A stretch of DNA of 64,000 nucleotides, taken from the NCBI GenBank assembly GCA_973895155.1, contig OZ316894.1:7340234-7404233 (forward strand). Direction: 5' to 3'. Under the pieces are notes generated by a model. The model was not told where the DNA came from, did no database searches, and worked only from the letters and a program-made list of their open reading frames with translations. Both the position numbers and the translations under genes were made by a program. The stretch comes from Marsupella aquatica (Eukaryota > Plantae > Marchantiophyta). Shown in pieces: positions 10,213-22,195 of this stretch; position 1 is the stretch's first letter; every line of letters begins with the position of its first letter.

Positions 10213-13200
10213 ATGGCGTCTTCAGGTGATGAGTCTATTTATAGTTCTGATGCATCTTCGCCAGATGTTGTTCGCAAATTCATTCCATCTCGTTTGATGA
10301 AGGAGCTTCCAGTCTCACAAAGAGTTTTGCCAGAGATGTCATTTTCATCAGATTTAGAGAGTTCACGATCTGATTCCGAGTGTGGGAGAAGTGTTGTTGG
10401 AGCTCCAACATCTTATTATGTTTCTCCAAGCAAACCGCTTAAACGATGTTTGCTTGGGAGAAAGTCCACTGTCATACCCTTAGGTCAGACTAGTTCACCG
10501 CGAACCCCTCCAGATGTACCCAAGCGTCGGCCTCGGTTTCTAATGCCAAGAACAATGTTGCCATGTAGGCCCGCCAAGAGATCTCCTCTGGTTTTCCCAA
10601 TGTCGCATCCTCCTGGAGTCCAGATAGCTTTGTCTAGTGTGCAATCGCAGTTTGAGCGAATGAGAAGTTTGACGGTGCTAGAAGTGCCAGCCGCACGAAG
10701 AATACCCAGAGGGATCCCTACTCAAAGTTTGCGGAATGGAGAGCGTGAATTGCCAATTTCATCTCCTTTGCTACCAAATTCCATTAGTGGAATACCAAGT
10801 GGGATCCGTGGATCCCATTTGGTATTCCCTCTTGGAATTTTGCCAAATGGCGAGCCAGAATTGCAAATCGGGCAACCTTTGCCTACTGATTTGGTGGGAG
10901 GAATGCAAAATGGGATCCGTGGATCCCATTTGGTATCCCCTCCTGGAATTTTACCAAATGGTGAGCCCAAAATGCGAAGCGGACAACCATTGCCTGCTGA
11001 TTCGGGGAGAGGAATGCAGAAGGGGATCTGCGGATCCCACTTGGTATCCCCTCCTGGAATTTTACCAAATGTTGAGCCCAAATTGCAAAGCGGACAAACT
11101 TGTTAGTCGCTTTGGGTGGAGGAATGAGACAGGGGATCCGTGGATCCCACTTTGTTTTACACAATGGTCAATTGTCAAGCGCTGCCATAGAACCACAAGT
11201 GGGGCAGCTGTCACTTCGAAGTCCAAGTGGACGAATACGAGTTGGGATCCATGGATCCCATTCCGTGTTCCCATCGGTGATTTTGCCTAGTGGTCAATCA
11301 AACGTCAACTTTGGGCTTTGGAGCCCTTTGGCTCGAATGCAGTGTGAGGTTGCTGGATCTTTGGTAGGACGACCATTTCAAAAGGGAGGAAGGAGATCAA
11401 GTGTCACAAATGCTGCAGGTGTCCATCAAATGCCTCACAGATTGTTGCGAAGTGCGTTGCCACAAACTTGCCCCAAAAATTCAAGGCTAGAAGGAAAATT
11501 GAAGGTTGTTCAAAGACTATTCAATGGTCAGGATGATCCCTCTAGTCGAGATGAGACACCAAGGCAAGGATCACACTTTCAGAGACAAGTGGGGGATACT
11601 CCGATAGAAGCAAGGAATATTGGTAGAAGATTTCAGACAAGAAATCTTCGGGTACCAATTGCTTTTCCAGAAGAATCTGAAGAAGAATCGGAGGTACCAG
11701 CCGATGTCGTAGAGGATGCCATAGGGACTGTTGAAATCTCAAATATTGTTAAAGAGATCCTTGGTCGCGAGAGTGCTCATGAACCAGTCTTAGAAAATGT
11801 AGAGAGTGAAAGTAATACCGGAGAAAATCAAGATACTTTTGTTTTAAGTTCAATGAGTCCCATGGAAACTAGTGGAGGAGTGAATTCTCCCGACACAATA
11901 CATGATAGAATAGAGGTGAGAAGACCAAGCAAAAAAATTAGAGACCAGATGATTCGAAAACATAGGCTTATCAATGCGAACTTGAAAAAACAAAAAATTA
12001 AAGATATTTTTAAGTATTCTTGTTGTGACAAGTTTTGCTTGAGGTCTTTAGGTCTAGAAGAATGTTGGAAACAACGTAAGTATTATTTTGGTCTCTCACA
12101 CTCACAAAAAAACATTCTTTTGCGAGGATGTATTATGAGTAATTATAATACTTCCCGTGGATATAGTGTGAATGGACAAACTATTTGTAGAGGAGGTTTC
12201 AAGAAATTATATTCCATAGGGAATAATAGGTTGGCTACAATCCATGCAAACATGTTCACCAGGATTGAACGAGATACATTCTATAAGGAAGACTCACCTT
12301 CATTTCTCAACTTGGTGGAATGGTTGAAAGATTTCTTTCAAAGAAACATGGATAGTCTTCCTCATAAAGAAATTCATCACTTGCCAGACAATTGGACAAA
12401 GCAAGAGATTCATGAAATCTTTCTTGCCGAAACAATCTTGCAGGAAGAGCAATATGTTACATATTCTTATTTCTTGCGCGTTTGGAAGAAGAAGTTTTCA
12501 AATGTGCGGATTCCCAAAAGGAGTCGTTTTTCCACTTGTGGTCCATGTACCGAATTCAAGGCTCTTCAAGACAAAGCAACGACAGAAGAAGATAAAAGTA
12601 AGTTCATTGTAACCTCACATTTGTGTCTAAGTAAGATAGTGATAAGTTAGACACAATGATGAATAGATAATTTATTGATTACGCATGATTGTATTATTGC
12701 AGGAAAGTATATCAACGCTCTTATGGAGCATCGAAGAGTACAATCACTCGAGAGAATGAAGTTGGCAAAGCATCGAAAGAAATGCTATGATGAACCCAAC
12801 AAGTATTTGGGTATTTGTATTGACGGTATGGATCAAAAGAAAACTGAGCTGCCACATTTTATTCGTTGTCCAAAGAACATGGATGAGAAATATTTCATCC
12901 CTATCCATGTTGTGGGTTGTCTTATCATTAATAGAAAGCTTGCGGCAAAAGTTTTTCTGACCTACCCCAACATCCACAATGATGCAAATCTCACCATTCA
13001 TGTTATTCAAAATATTTTGAATACATGGGATGGGATACTGCCATGGGTATTATATCTTCAATTGGATAATACCACTAGGGAGAACAAGAATAAATTCTTG
13101 ATGGCTTATCTACACATATTGGTAGATTTAAAGGTTTTTGACAAGATAAAAGTTGGTTTTTTGTTGGTTGGTCATACGCATGACCAAATAGATCAGATGT

Positions 13201-14300
13201 TTAGCAAGTTCTCATCTAGATTAAACAAGCATAAAGCATTTCGCTGAGATACTCTTGTGGATATTATACAACGGGCATATTTTCCTCAAGCAGATGTAAT
13301 TTTTGTGGATGAAGTTGCGAACTTCAGAAAATTTGTGAATGAGACCGACCAACCAAATGACAACGGAGTTTCAGGTCGAGTTTTGAGAGATCTCAACCTC
13401 ATAACTTTTCAAAGGAAATTTAGATTCAAGCGAGGCATTGTAGATGATAACGAAGTGACCATGTTTCATGGGAAACATCTATCTACAACCTCTGATTGGG
13501 GAGACGTGGTAGCATTTGTCAACTACATCCCCACTTCAAGAATGTGGGTTGCAGCACAGATGTCACTAAAGTCAGCAAAAGGTGTTGAACGAGATGATGA
13601 TCTGATGGACTCAAATGGTGCATTATCCATTCTGGTGAAATATCAAAAAGCAATTCAAGAGGGATTCAATTACTTTGACGATGAAGATAAACTATGGTGG
13701 ATGTCATTCTTTGAGAAGCAAAATGATGTTATCAAAAACCACTTAGAGGAGGATGAGTGGTTATTTGAATGGGTTTGGCCACAGCAAAATGAAAGGCATG
13801 GACTTGGTGGTGTGTCAACAAATCAGATTTTGATGTCCGAAGATGTTGACCCAACTCTAGTTGATAAAGTTGCAGGACCACAGAGGATTATGTACTCAGG
13901 TCCTCGGTGAAAGCAACCTGAACTTGGGGATTTCAAAGATATGGAAGTGAACAACAAATGGTCAATGATATGCGTAGTAGCACACAAAGATCCAGAAGGC
14001 AAGTTATTTTGGATGGCAAAGGTGTCAAAGATTTTGACAAAAAGAGAAGACATTCCGGAAAGAATCAAAATCACGTGGTACACAACTGAGGCAAGTGCTG
14101 AGACTGCAATTGATGGAAAATATTTTCCAGAAAAAGATAATGTATCTAATAGACTTCGTCAAGATGAACTAGTTTTGTCGTCAACAACGATATATGCATA
14201 CAATTTTGCACTTTTGACAAATAACCAAATAGCAGCAAAAACAAAGAAGATTATAGAGGCTGCTATTTTAGAGCGAGGTTCTGTATCTTCAGAAGATTGA
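10213..14300 (+). pseudogene. Sola1-like (DUF7869-type) DDD transposase, copy 1; intron 12598-12702; frameshift near 11100; in-frame TGA at 13245 and 13908
   Basis: Cys cluster CCDKFC, PKRSRFSTCGPC, catalytic-type motifs IDGMDQ, LQLDNTTRENKN, FLLVGHTHDQIDQMFS. Same intron position as the paralog at 54078. Confidence 0.8.
10735..11290 (+). repeat. 111-bp (37-aa) coding tandem repeat, ~5 units, each with the palindrome GGGATCCGTGGATCCC or a close variant
   Basis: GIRGSH peptide and palindrome recur at about 10801, 10912, 11023, 11133 and 11244. Confidence 0.9.
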
Positions 14301-14319
14301 GTTTCATTTACTAATTAAA

Positions 14320-15249
14320 CTAGGTTGATACATGCATTAATTTCATAACTCTATCTCTGATCACCTTTCGCAGATGACATGCTTGTGTGGGATTGTACCA
14401 ATCTCTTGTAAATAAAGACTTTGCGGGTACAGATTTTGAATTATTCCATTGAACTCTAATTTCATCCATGTTGTGCAGGACAAATAAACCACAATCTGTG
14501 GTATTTGGTTGTTGTGGCACCTAATAAAAAACATGGTGTATTTTAGTACAGTTTATAGATATGTTTTTGAACCCAAAAATAATTAAAAATGAAAAAAATT
14601 ACATACCTTTGGATTCCACATCTCCATAACACCCAATGGCACTTTTCCAAAAAATAGTTCCCATTCTATTGTGAAATATCTGCAAGTCATTGAAAGTGAT
14701 TCCTTAGTTAAAGTAGCATTTATAATCTCATTTGAAAAACAAATAGTACTAGAAGATAAAGTTAAGTCTTTCACCTTTTAGTGCCGATTCAATTACATGA
14801 GTTTCATGTAGACCAGCAAGTGAGTCTAGATGATACATTTGGATCAAAGATTGAGCTTGATCCAAACATATGACAACCAAACTCCAATGGCCACTCATGT
14901 GAATTGGCATAAGAATAACCTCAATCTTGGAAAATGGTGGCTTGTAATAACCTCGCATTTTCTGTAAAGATTCTTTAAGGGATTCATGTGTTGGTTCTTT
15001 TTCAATCCTTGATGCCATCCAAGGATAAAAAAAGGAGGATAACGTGTTTACCATTGGAGCAAGATCTCCTTGTTCTTCTGTTTGGGACTCTAGGTAAAAT
15101 TCCATAATTTCGTCACCCAAATATTGGTCGGGTTCAAGTTGTTCCAATGTTTCTTGATTGAGGAGATGACCAACAAAAGGATTGTGCAAAAATCTATGAA
15201 GAACACTTTTCAATTCAGTAACCTCCTTTGGTGGATCCTGCAAGGACAT
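14320..15249 (-). pseudogene. Ulp1/SENP-like cysteine protease (peptidase C48), 3 exons (about 15249-14775, 14679-14607, 14520-14320)
   Basis: YLGDEIMEFY, PIHMSGHWSLVVI, HLDSL and VPQQPNTTDCGLFV give the His-Asp-Cys triad and oxyanion Gln. GT-AG introns present. The exon 1/2 junction appears 1 nt out of phase. Confidence 0.85.
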
Positions 15250-16524
15250 TATTGTCACATAAGAACATATAAATCTCTTGGAATATTTCCAGAAGTTCAT
15301 ATACAATTTGGGGAAATCTCATTTGCAACAATCTAATCTCAAAATAATCTCTACACCTCGAGGAATGAGCCAAGATCTAATGTCGGAGCTTCTGCTTCCT
15401 CTTCCTCCTACTCCTTGTCTTCATCTACATCATCATTATTCTCAGCCGTGGTTGTAATGATGCAAGGTCCGGTGGTGAGAGTGCTTGTCATACCACCAAT
15501 CGGTGGTTGTATCTCAAAACTCATCGGCCCTGTACCCTCCTCAATTGCTTCCTCATTCAAGTCCCATGATTCATCCAGCGTGACTAGTCGAGTCTGGATA
15601 CAGTCTATCTGTTGAGCACTCAACTCCACAGCTGTAACATGTCGCTTTGCCAGCAAAGCCCCACACGAAGTGGACCCACTTCCGGCGCATAAATTAGCAA
15701 TCCAATTTCCTTCTTCACTAAAATGCTTGATGAACCAGTCTGCGAGGGCTATCGGCTTCTGATACGGATTCACTACTTCCCCTAAGGGTGTTACACATTT
15801 TTTGGTAACACAAGGAACCTTGATGATGTTGATTCTTTTCTCATCATGCTCAAAATTGTACATTTCCCTGGTCCTCATACCACCTTCATTCATACCACCT
15901 TCATTATAATATCCAATGGACCAGTTCTCAAACGCCCAAGCTAGCCTATTCCCGGAGGGGTGTGCATGTACATTTGGCTTCTCCCAAATTTCTGCCTCAA
16001 CTCCAGCATTGCAAGTCTTTCCCAAAGCATTCAAAACGGAGACACTTTGTTGCAGTGAATGAATAACAACAAACCTCCACATAGGTGAAGTAGTCACCTC
16101 AGCAAAAAATTTCACCATATCAATAATATCTTTCTCTGAAAATGGAACTTCATCATTCTCAGAGCCGATGGCATTGAATCCATAAGGAATGTCGGCGATT
16201 GCAAGTGTGTAAGGCCGTTTCTCCAAGAACCTATCAAGCACCCGGACATCTCCATAGTGGAGAGTGTAGTTGATAAAATTTCCATCAGAATTTTTCCAAC
16301 GGTGGTCGCTTGATTCCGCTTGAACAGTATCGATACCAATCCGACGATTATAATTCTCAATAGCTTCCTGAACCATGTTCTTAAAACCAGGGGGGATAAC
16401 ATCGGAACTAAGCTCCTCCTCAACAGTCTCCTTGCCATCATTTGACACTTGAACCATTTTGTTCTTCTTCTTCGAGAAGGCTTTCAACTATAAAACATCA
16501 AGGCACCAGAGTTAAATATGCACT

Positions 16525-16915
16525 GAATACCAAGAGGGATACCGAGTCTCCCATTCGGTATTCGACTACATAAATCCGGTGAATCATGCTTCTAACCCTC
16601 AAACTCCAACTTGAATCCCAAATGGGATACGGGGTATCCCATTTGGGATTCCACCTAGGGAAACTCAAAGGAACAACGCATACACAGCCAAAACCCGGGG
16701 TTGAATGCCAAACGGGATACGGGGTATCCCATTTCGGATTCTACCTAGGGAAAATCAAAGGAACAACACTAACATGGAGAAAACTGGGGTCAAATCCGAA
16801 ATGAGATACGGGGTATCCCATTTCGGATTCCACCCAGACAAAAAGAAAGAAACAACTTGAATGGAGCCAAAATCGATTGTGAATCCCAAATGGGATACGC
16901 GTATCTAGTTTTGAA
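16525..16915. repeat. ~90-bp tandem units with long hairpins (core GGGATAC-N3-GTATCCC) inside the MTase-gene intron
   Basis: Perfect 18-bp stem GAATCCCAAATGGGATAC-ggg-GTATCCCATTTGGGATTC at 16613-16651; further copies near 16536, 16715, 16804 and 16892. Confidence 0.9.
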
Positions 16916-17816
16916 TTCAACCTTTGAAAACACAAAATCAACTTACCACATCCGAGAGTTTTCCACTCCATCTTTTGAGCTCCGCAGACTGCGTCTCTTT
17001 GGGAAACATCTGTTTACAAGTCGCCCAGTCTGGTTGGCCAGACAATTGCATAAATAGTTTACTGATCTTCACAAGCTTCTTGTAACTTTTGGCCTCTTTG
17101 GCCTTTTGCTCTAGACTGATCATTCAATCCTTGACTCGAAGGAGAAGGGATTCCCAAAACCGGTCTTGCTCAATCCCTTGGATCGCTCTCCAAGGTGTCA
17201 ACGCTAGCCCATTTGCTAGCTTGTTCAAAGGTTTCACGATGGGCACGGCCTTTCGCTTGGACCCTTTCTTCACTATCTTCACATGGGATTTTTGTTTGGT
17301 CTGCCCCTTGATCTCAAATCTGTTCCACATGTCAAAGATCTGGTCTTGGAGGTCCCAAACTTTTCCTGATCTAAATGATATCTGGAAAAGTGGTTCGTGC
17401 TTCTTCAATGTTTTCCCAACCCCTGGAATGAAGCCATCAAGACACACCTCCGATGCACACGCCTCTCTAGTCTCTTTTGTTTTTTGCATACCTCTCGCAA
17501 TGAAGACCTTATGCATCGTTCGGATTTGACCAATATTGTTCATCTTTTTCCGATACTCCTGGTCAATATTGTGTTGGATACTGAGTTTCTGGACATCGGC
17601 CCTTGTAAGCCCTGCATAGACCCAGGCTTGAAGTTCGTTGAAGATTTCCCGACCATAGGCCTCAAACAATTCTCTCTTGGCTCGCGCTCCATGATTACCT
17701 CCAATTACCCGGTACCTCCAGGTCAATGCCTTGGTCGGGTCCCAGTCTTCAACGGACGGACAATCTTTAGGGATAACAAACAGCACAAATGGCGTCGTGA
17801 AATTTGTTGGATTGAG

Positions 17817-20229
17817 TGTGACGCCAATGACATGGTCCTTATTTTGTAATCTGATTAAGTAGGTTGCTGTATGCAAGGAGTAGCTATTGATATTGCATAA
17901 CAATTAGCAAGATGGCAAGAATAAGGGCAATCATGGCGTTAAGAGTAGGGAAATAAAAGCTATGTCGCGGGTGGTCGGTGACCATATCTCTTTCAATATA
18001 TCATCAAATCCGGATCTATAAAGAGCATTGGAAAGATCTGGTCAAGGCGAGTAAAATCGATATAAAACACTTGGGGAACGGAGGTGTATTAAGGAAGATA
18101 CGGCCCGATTAGTGTGACGGGTTAACTTGTGGCCGGAATTAGCGGATTCAGCTTCAGTTTCGGGTTAACCCAAGCTCGGCCACGGCTTAGCTTAGGTGAG
18201 AACGGCTTCAGCTTAGCTCAGGTGAGAACGGCTTCAGCTTAGCTCAGGTAAGCACGGCTTCAGCTTAGGCTTAACCCGGGTTCGGACTAGATTGATCCCG
18301 GGTTAGACTTAACTCGGGTTAGCCTAAACTCGGGCTCAGGTTAGCATAGGTAAGCTCGGGTTCGGGCTCAGCTTAGGCTAGGTTAGCGGATAGCGGATAG
18401 CGGCCTAACCCGAGACCACGGGTTAGCTCTACTCGGGTTAGATAGGATAGCTAGGTTAGCCGAACTCGGGTTAGCTATGTAACTCGGGTTAGCGCAGCAG
18501 TGAGTACCCCCTCTCGGTTGCGGGGGCATAACTCTCTGTGTATTTGACCAAATCCGCTATAATTGACCTCGTTGGAAAGAGGAGCTCAAGCCGCTTCCAA
18601 GGCTGCTATCCACGCAGCAAATGGTTGAATAGAGAAATCGGGAGAGGAGACGCAAGCTCGCGAAAACCATGGAGGAGGGCCAAATCCGAAGTACATAGCC
18701 AATTCGAGATAGAAATAAAGCTGCGAGTTAGGGTTCAGTAGTTAGAGATAGTGGCGGCTCTGTTAGGGCTGGGATGGGGCAGCGTAGCATCCACCCATTT
18801 GGGCTCAATGAGAGAGTATATAGAGCAGCCCCCCGGTAGAGGCAAGGGGGGAACTTCAGTTGTGTGATCTCACGTAGATTGAGCAGCAGGGAGGAGCTCT
18901 GTGCAAGGAAGGTTGGGCTTGGAAGCTGTGTGTTGGGGAGAGCTTGGTTGTGCTATTACTCAGGGAGTAATCAGCCACGCTTCACAGCAACAGTTGGCCA
19001 GGTTTGCAAGCTGGATTGTGGCTCTTTCTAGTAGGCAACACAACTGGGTTCTTTTCCCCCGATACAGAGCCTTGGTGAAGGTGATGTGTTGGTGATTGTA
19101 AACTGTGGGGAGGATTTCAATGTGATTTGTGGTGAGCACATTAGGGAGGCTGAGATACTGATTGAGGGGCAGCAAGAGGAGCATTTACAGTTTAGTCTGG
19201 CAAGGCTACGTGATCCATGGGGAGTCCCGGCCTTTGTCTGGTGGAGAGCACTAAGGGATTTATGGCCAGAGTTGAGCTTGCAGGGCAAGCATGAGGCCAG
19301 GCCTCATTGTAGTCTGGGGTAGATCGCCGTTAGGCCTGGTACTAGCTTTGAAGTCGAGTCAACTGTGCATGTGTAACTTGACATTCTGAAATGGAGGTGT
19401 GAGATCTGTACGTGTCCTCAAGAATGAAGTGCAATGAAGGAGGTTGAGTTCAGGATTGAGTTTGCAAGGCAAGTACGGGATTGGTTCGAGTCCAATCTGC
19501 CGTCGCAATCTGGAGTGAGCCGGGCTCAGGTTCAGGATTGAGCTTGCATGGCAAGCACGGGGCTTGCGGGGCAAGCACGTCGCAATCTGGAGGAGACAGC
19601 CTTCGGGCCTAGTGTTCGGATCAAGTGTTCTCAGTGAACTATTGTGCACATCTTTGAATCTAATTGAGTTTTCCTCTCAGGCCTCATTTCTCTCATGGAT
19701 GTGTGTGTGTGTGAGGCAATCTGAGTGTATGATGAGACTAGCAGCGCCACTAAGAGGTGTACCGGGTGCATTGAAGTGGGTTGGGTGAGGGCTATCACAG
19801 CTCTGATTGCTGAGAGTGGAATGGCAGAGTGGTGGGGCAATGGCTTAGAAGTCCCTAAGCCAGGAATCAGTCAGGAGTCACTGGTTTATGGGTACATTCC
19901 GGCGGCGGAATAGAAACATACCTATGACAGTACGCATACGTATAGACCTATGCGCACCGTAGTGCTGGGCCCTGTGTGTACGGGCCCGATATGACGACCC
20001 CTTCTCACCAGAACTATCATGAGCACAGGATCTTATTCCCAACCTTGGTTCCTAGGAATTGAGCTTGGGTGATGTGTGACAGAGTCTTGCTATGATAGTC
20101 TGGTGTTAAGGGTATAACTGGTGTTTACCGGCCTTCACAACATCCCTTCGTGATCCTCAGGTACAAGGAGATGGTTTTGGCACCCATAGTGACGGTTTTG
20201 GTGTTAAGACCCATGTCAATCACGTGACA
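17817..20229 (+). mobile_element. Element B: 2.4-kb solo-LTR-like element related to family A, no long ORF; second internal TGTGACG start at 18113
   Basis: TGTGACG...CGTGACA termini with perfect TSD TTGAG (17812-17816, 20230-20234). 3' end resembles the family-A end. GGTTAGC/CTCGGG-rich short repeats at 18130-18500. Confidence 0.88.
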
Positions 20230-21739
20230 TTGAGCTTCATCAAAGTTTTGATATTTTTGACGTGCAAACGATCAACAGTCCAAACCAACGTGGAGTTCTC
20301 ATCCTTCATGTCATCGACCAGGAGGAGGTTTGTTGTTTTCAGAATGACTGTGGTCTTCTGAACTCTTTTTGTCTCCATTAATCAAGACACTTCTTCCCTT
20401 AGAACTGACGTCTCCTCACGTTGCAGGGCTGTAGTCAGTTCATTCGTTGAATCTTCCTTACTCTCAACAATCATCGGACCCTTCCCCTTCGATGCAACGG
20501 ATGGCCCACCTTGTGAAGTTGGAGGAATCTCACCTACCAATCTCAAAGGCAAAGGGGGAGCTGTTGACACTACTCTCTTTTGGATTTCTCGTCGATCCAA
20601 CTTAGTCTTCTTTTTCAGAGGATCTTCGGAGACAGGGCACCTGATCCTTCCCCAGATTTTCCAACAGATGTTGCTGGTGCTTTCTTCTTGTTGTTTGGCT
20701 CGGAAACTGCCTGCTCTTTTGCTGTGGTTGTCTCCGAACCCTCCACTATCCTAGACGGATTAGTTGGCCTATGTATCTTCAACTTCAATGGAGTTCTTTC
20801 GGGACCCTTAAAGTCTTCTCCAACCACTGAGCGATACGCAATGTTGGTGAAGTCCCGCACCACCTTCCACGACGTGAAGACATAATTCAAGCACCAAAAA
20901 AAAAATGCATCCACATCAGGCGCCTCCGCCACAAGCTGAGTGATCGGGTCTTCCAGAAATGTATTCATGGAGACTCGATCAAGTTTCTCATACTTGAGAA
21001 CCAACACAGAGAAGGTCTTGTCAACACCAATGCAAAGAAACATTGGTACCCTCTTAACGTTTCTTGGTTTTTGTATCAACGATCTTAGTCCGATCTCTAA
21101 GACTGGTCTCTTTACCTGCCTTCTCCAAAATCTCCCTAGCATCCAAAGGTAAAGGAATTGCTGCTGGTCTCACTTTCTTCTCCACTGTTTTGTACTTGGT
21201 GTTGACCTCAACAAATTGAGACAACTCGCCATACAGCTCATGATTGATTTCCATATGAGCTTTCCCCTCTGAAAGACCTTCAATTATTTCTTTCAAAGAC
21301 ACTTCTACTCCTTCTTCATCTAGAAGGCCTTCAATCTCTTCACTTTCCTCTAGCAATCCATGTATTTGCATAGTATCCTCAATCCTTGCAATTTTCTTTT
21401 TGAATTTTTTAGTAGCTTCACACACTTTCACATAAGAAATTCGACAATGCAAGCTTTCACCTTCAAATGAGCTTGCCAACAAACTATTCATATTCCAAGT
21501 CACCAGCGGGTCATTGGCGATGGCGCCCCGCCTTCCCGCATTGCTTAACGAGACGCCTTCCGGAAATCCTCATTTCCCTCCTTGGGTTCAGGTTCTCTCA
21601 ACTCCTTCCGATTCCTCCAATGTCCAGGTTTCACTACAAGAAATTGGATAACCCGCAATTCATCCCGACTCCTTACCTTTGCCATATGAGTGCCATCTGG
21701 TAGGACCTTGTACTCCATTCGAGCTTGAGTAATATAAGG

Positions 21740-22195
21740 CTACCCTAGAATGAGATCATAGGGCAAACTATCATGCACAAAGATGTTAGTTGGTTCTATC
21801 ACATGGCCAACCTTCACTGATACTCCAGGGCATCCTCCCCAAAGCATATTCTTTGAACGATTGATTGAGTTGACAGACCATTGAGTATCACAATCAATCA
21901 TCCATTGTCCAAGATCATAGATGCTTCTTGACATTAGATTCACCTCAGATCCTGTGTCAATCAATGCTCGAGCTTTGCTCTCCATTCCTACAAGCTCTAC
22001 CTCCACAATTGAGCAAGTTCTTGCCCAAAATGGCTCCAAGATGGACTCCTTGTCGTCTCCTGAATCAGGATTCTTCATAGCTGAAGCACACATGACCCAC
22101 ACACTTTGTGAGGCCTTGAGCACCTCTTCACGACTAATTTTTGCCATATCCTGGGTCATTGCAAATCCTGTTGTTGCTTTCGCCAATGGTTCCAC
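21740..22195 (-). pseudogene. Retropepsin aspartic protease fragment
   Basis: ALIDTGSEVNLM and YDLILG motifs, followed by an in-frame stop. Confidence 0.88.

Larger units (their letters stand above)
15351..21043 (-). pseudogene. ParB/Srx-like domain + beta-class N4-cytosine/N6-adenine DNA methyltransferase fusion (~900+ aa reconstructed); interrupted by element B (17817-20229); intron 16946-16488
   Basis: Removing element B fuses ...HVKNIKTLMKL|NPTNFTTPFVL in frame. ParB-like YRVIGGNHGARA. Phase-0 GTAAGT..TTTATAG intron joins LSDV|LKAFSKK. MTase motifs LHYGD, IADIPYG (IV), IWEKPN, NPYQKPIAL, NLCAGSGST (I), AVEL in beta order. A few point stops (20382, 17124, 15408) and a frameshift near 20600. 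Start position uncertain. Confidence 0.82.

Noticed and set aside
10801-11260. GGATCC (BamHI) clusters as proof of the MTase target
   Set aside because: Specificity cannot be inferred from sequence; the sites arise from one amplified coding repeat.
16525-16915. CRISPR-like look of regularly spaced palindromes (also 27053-27360)
   Set aside because: The intervening segments resemble each other rather than being unique spacers, no cas genes are present, and one array lies in a spliceosomal intron.
15408-17903. Bacterial restriction-modification operon or contaminant contig
   Set aside because: The gene has a GT-AG intron, an LTR-type insertion with TSD, plant TE neighbours and no partner endonuclease.
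17817-17903. N-terminus of the 259-aa ORF (MLCNINSY...)
   Set aside because: It lies inside inserted element B; the true frame continues at 20230.
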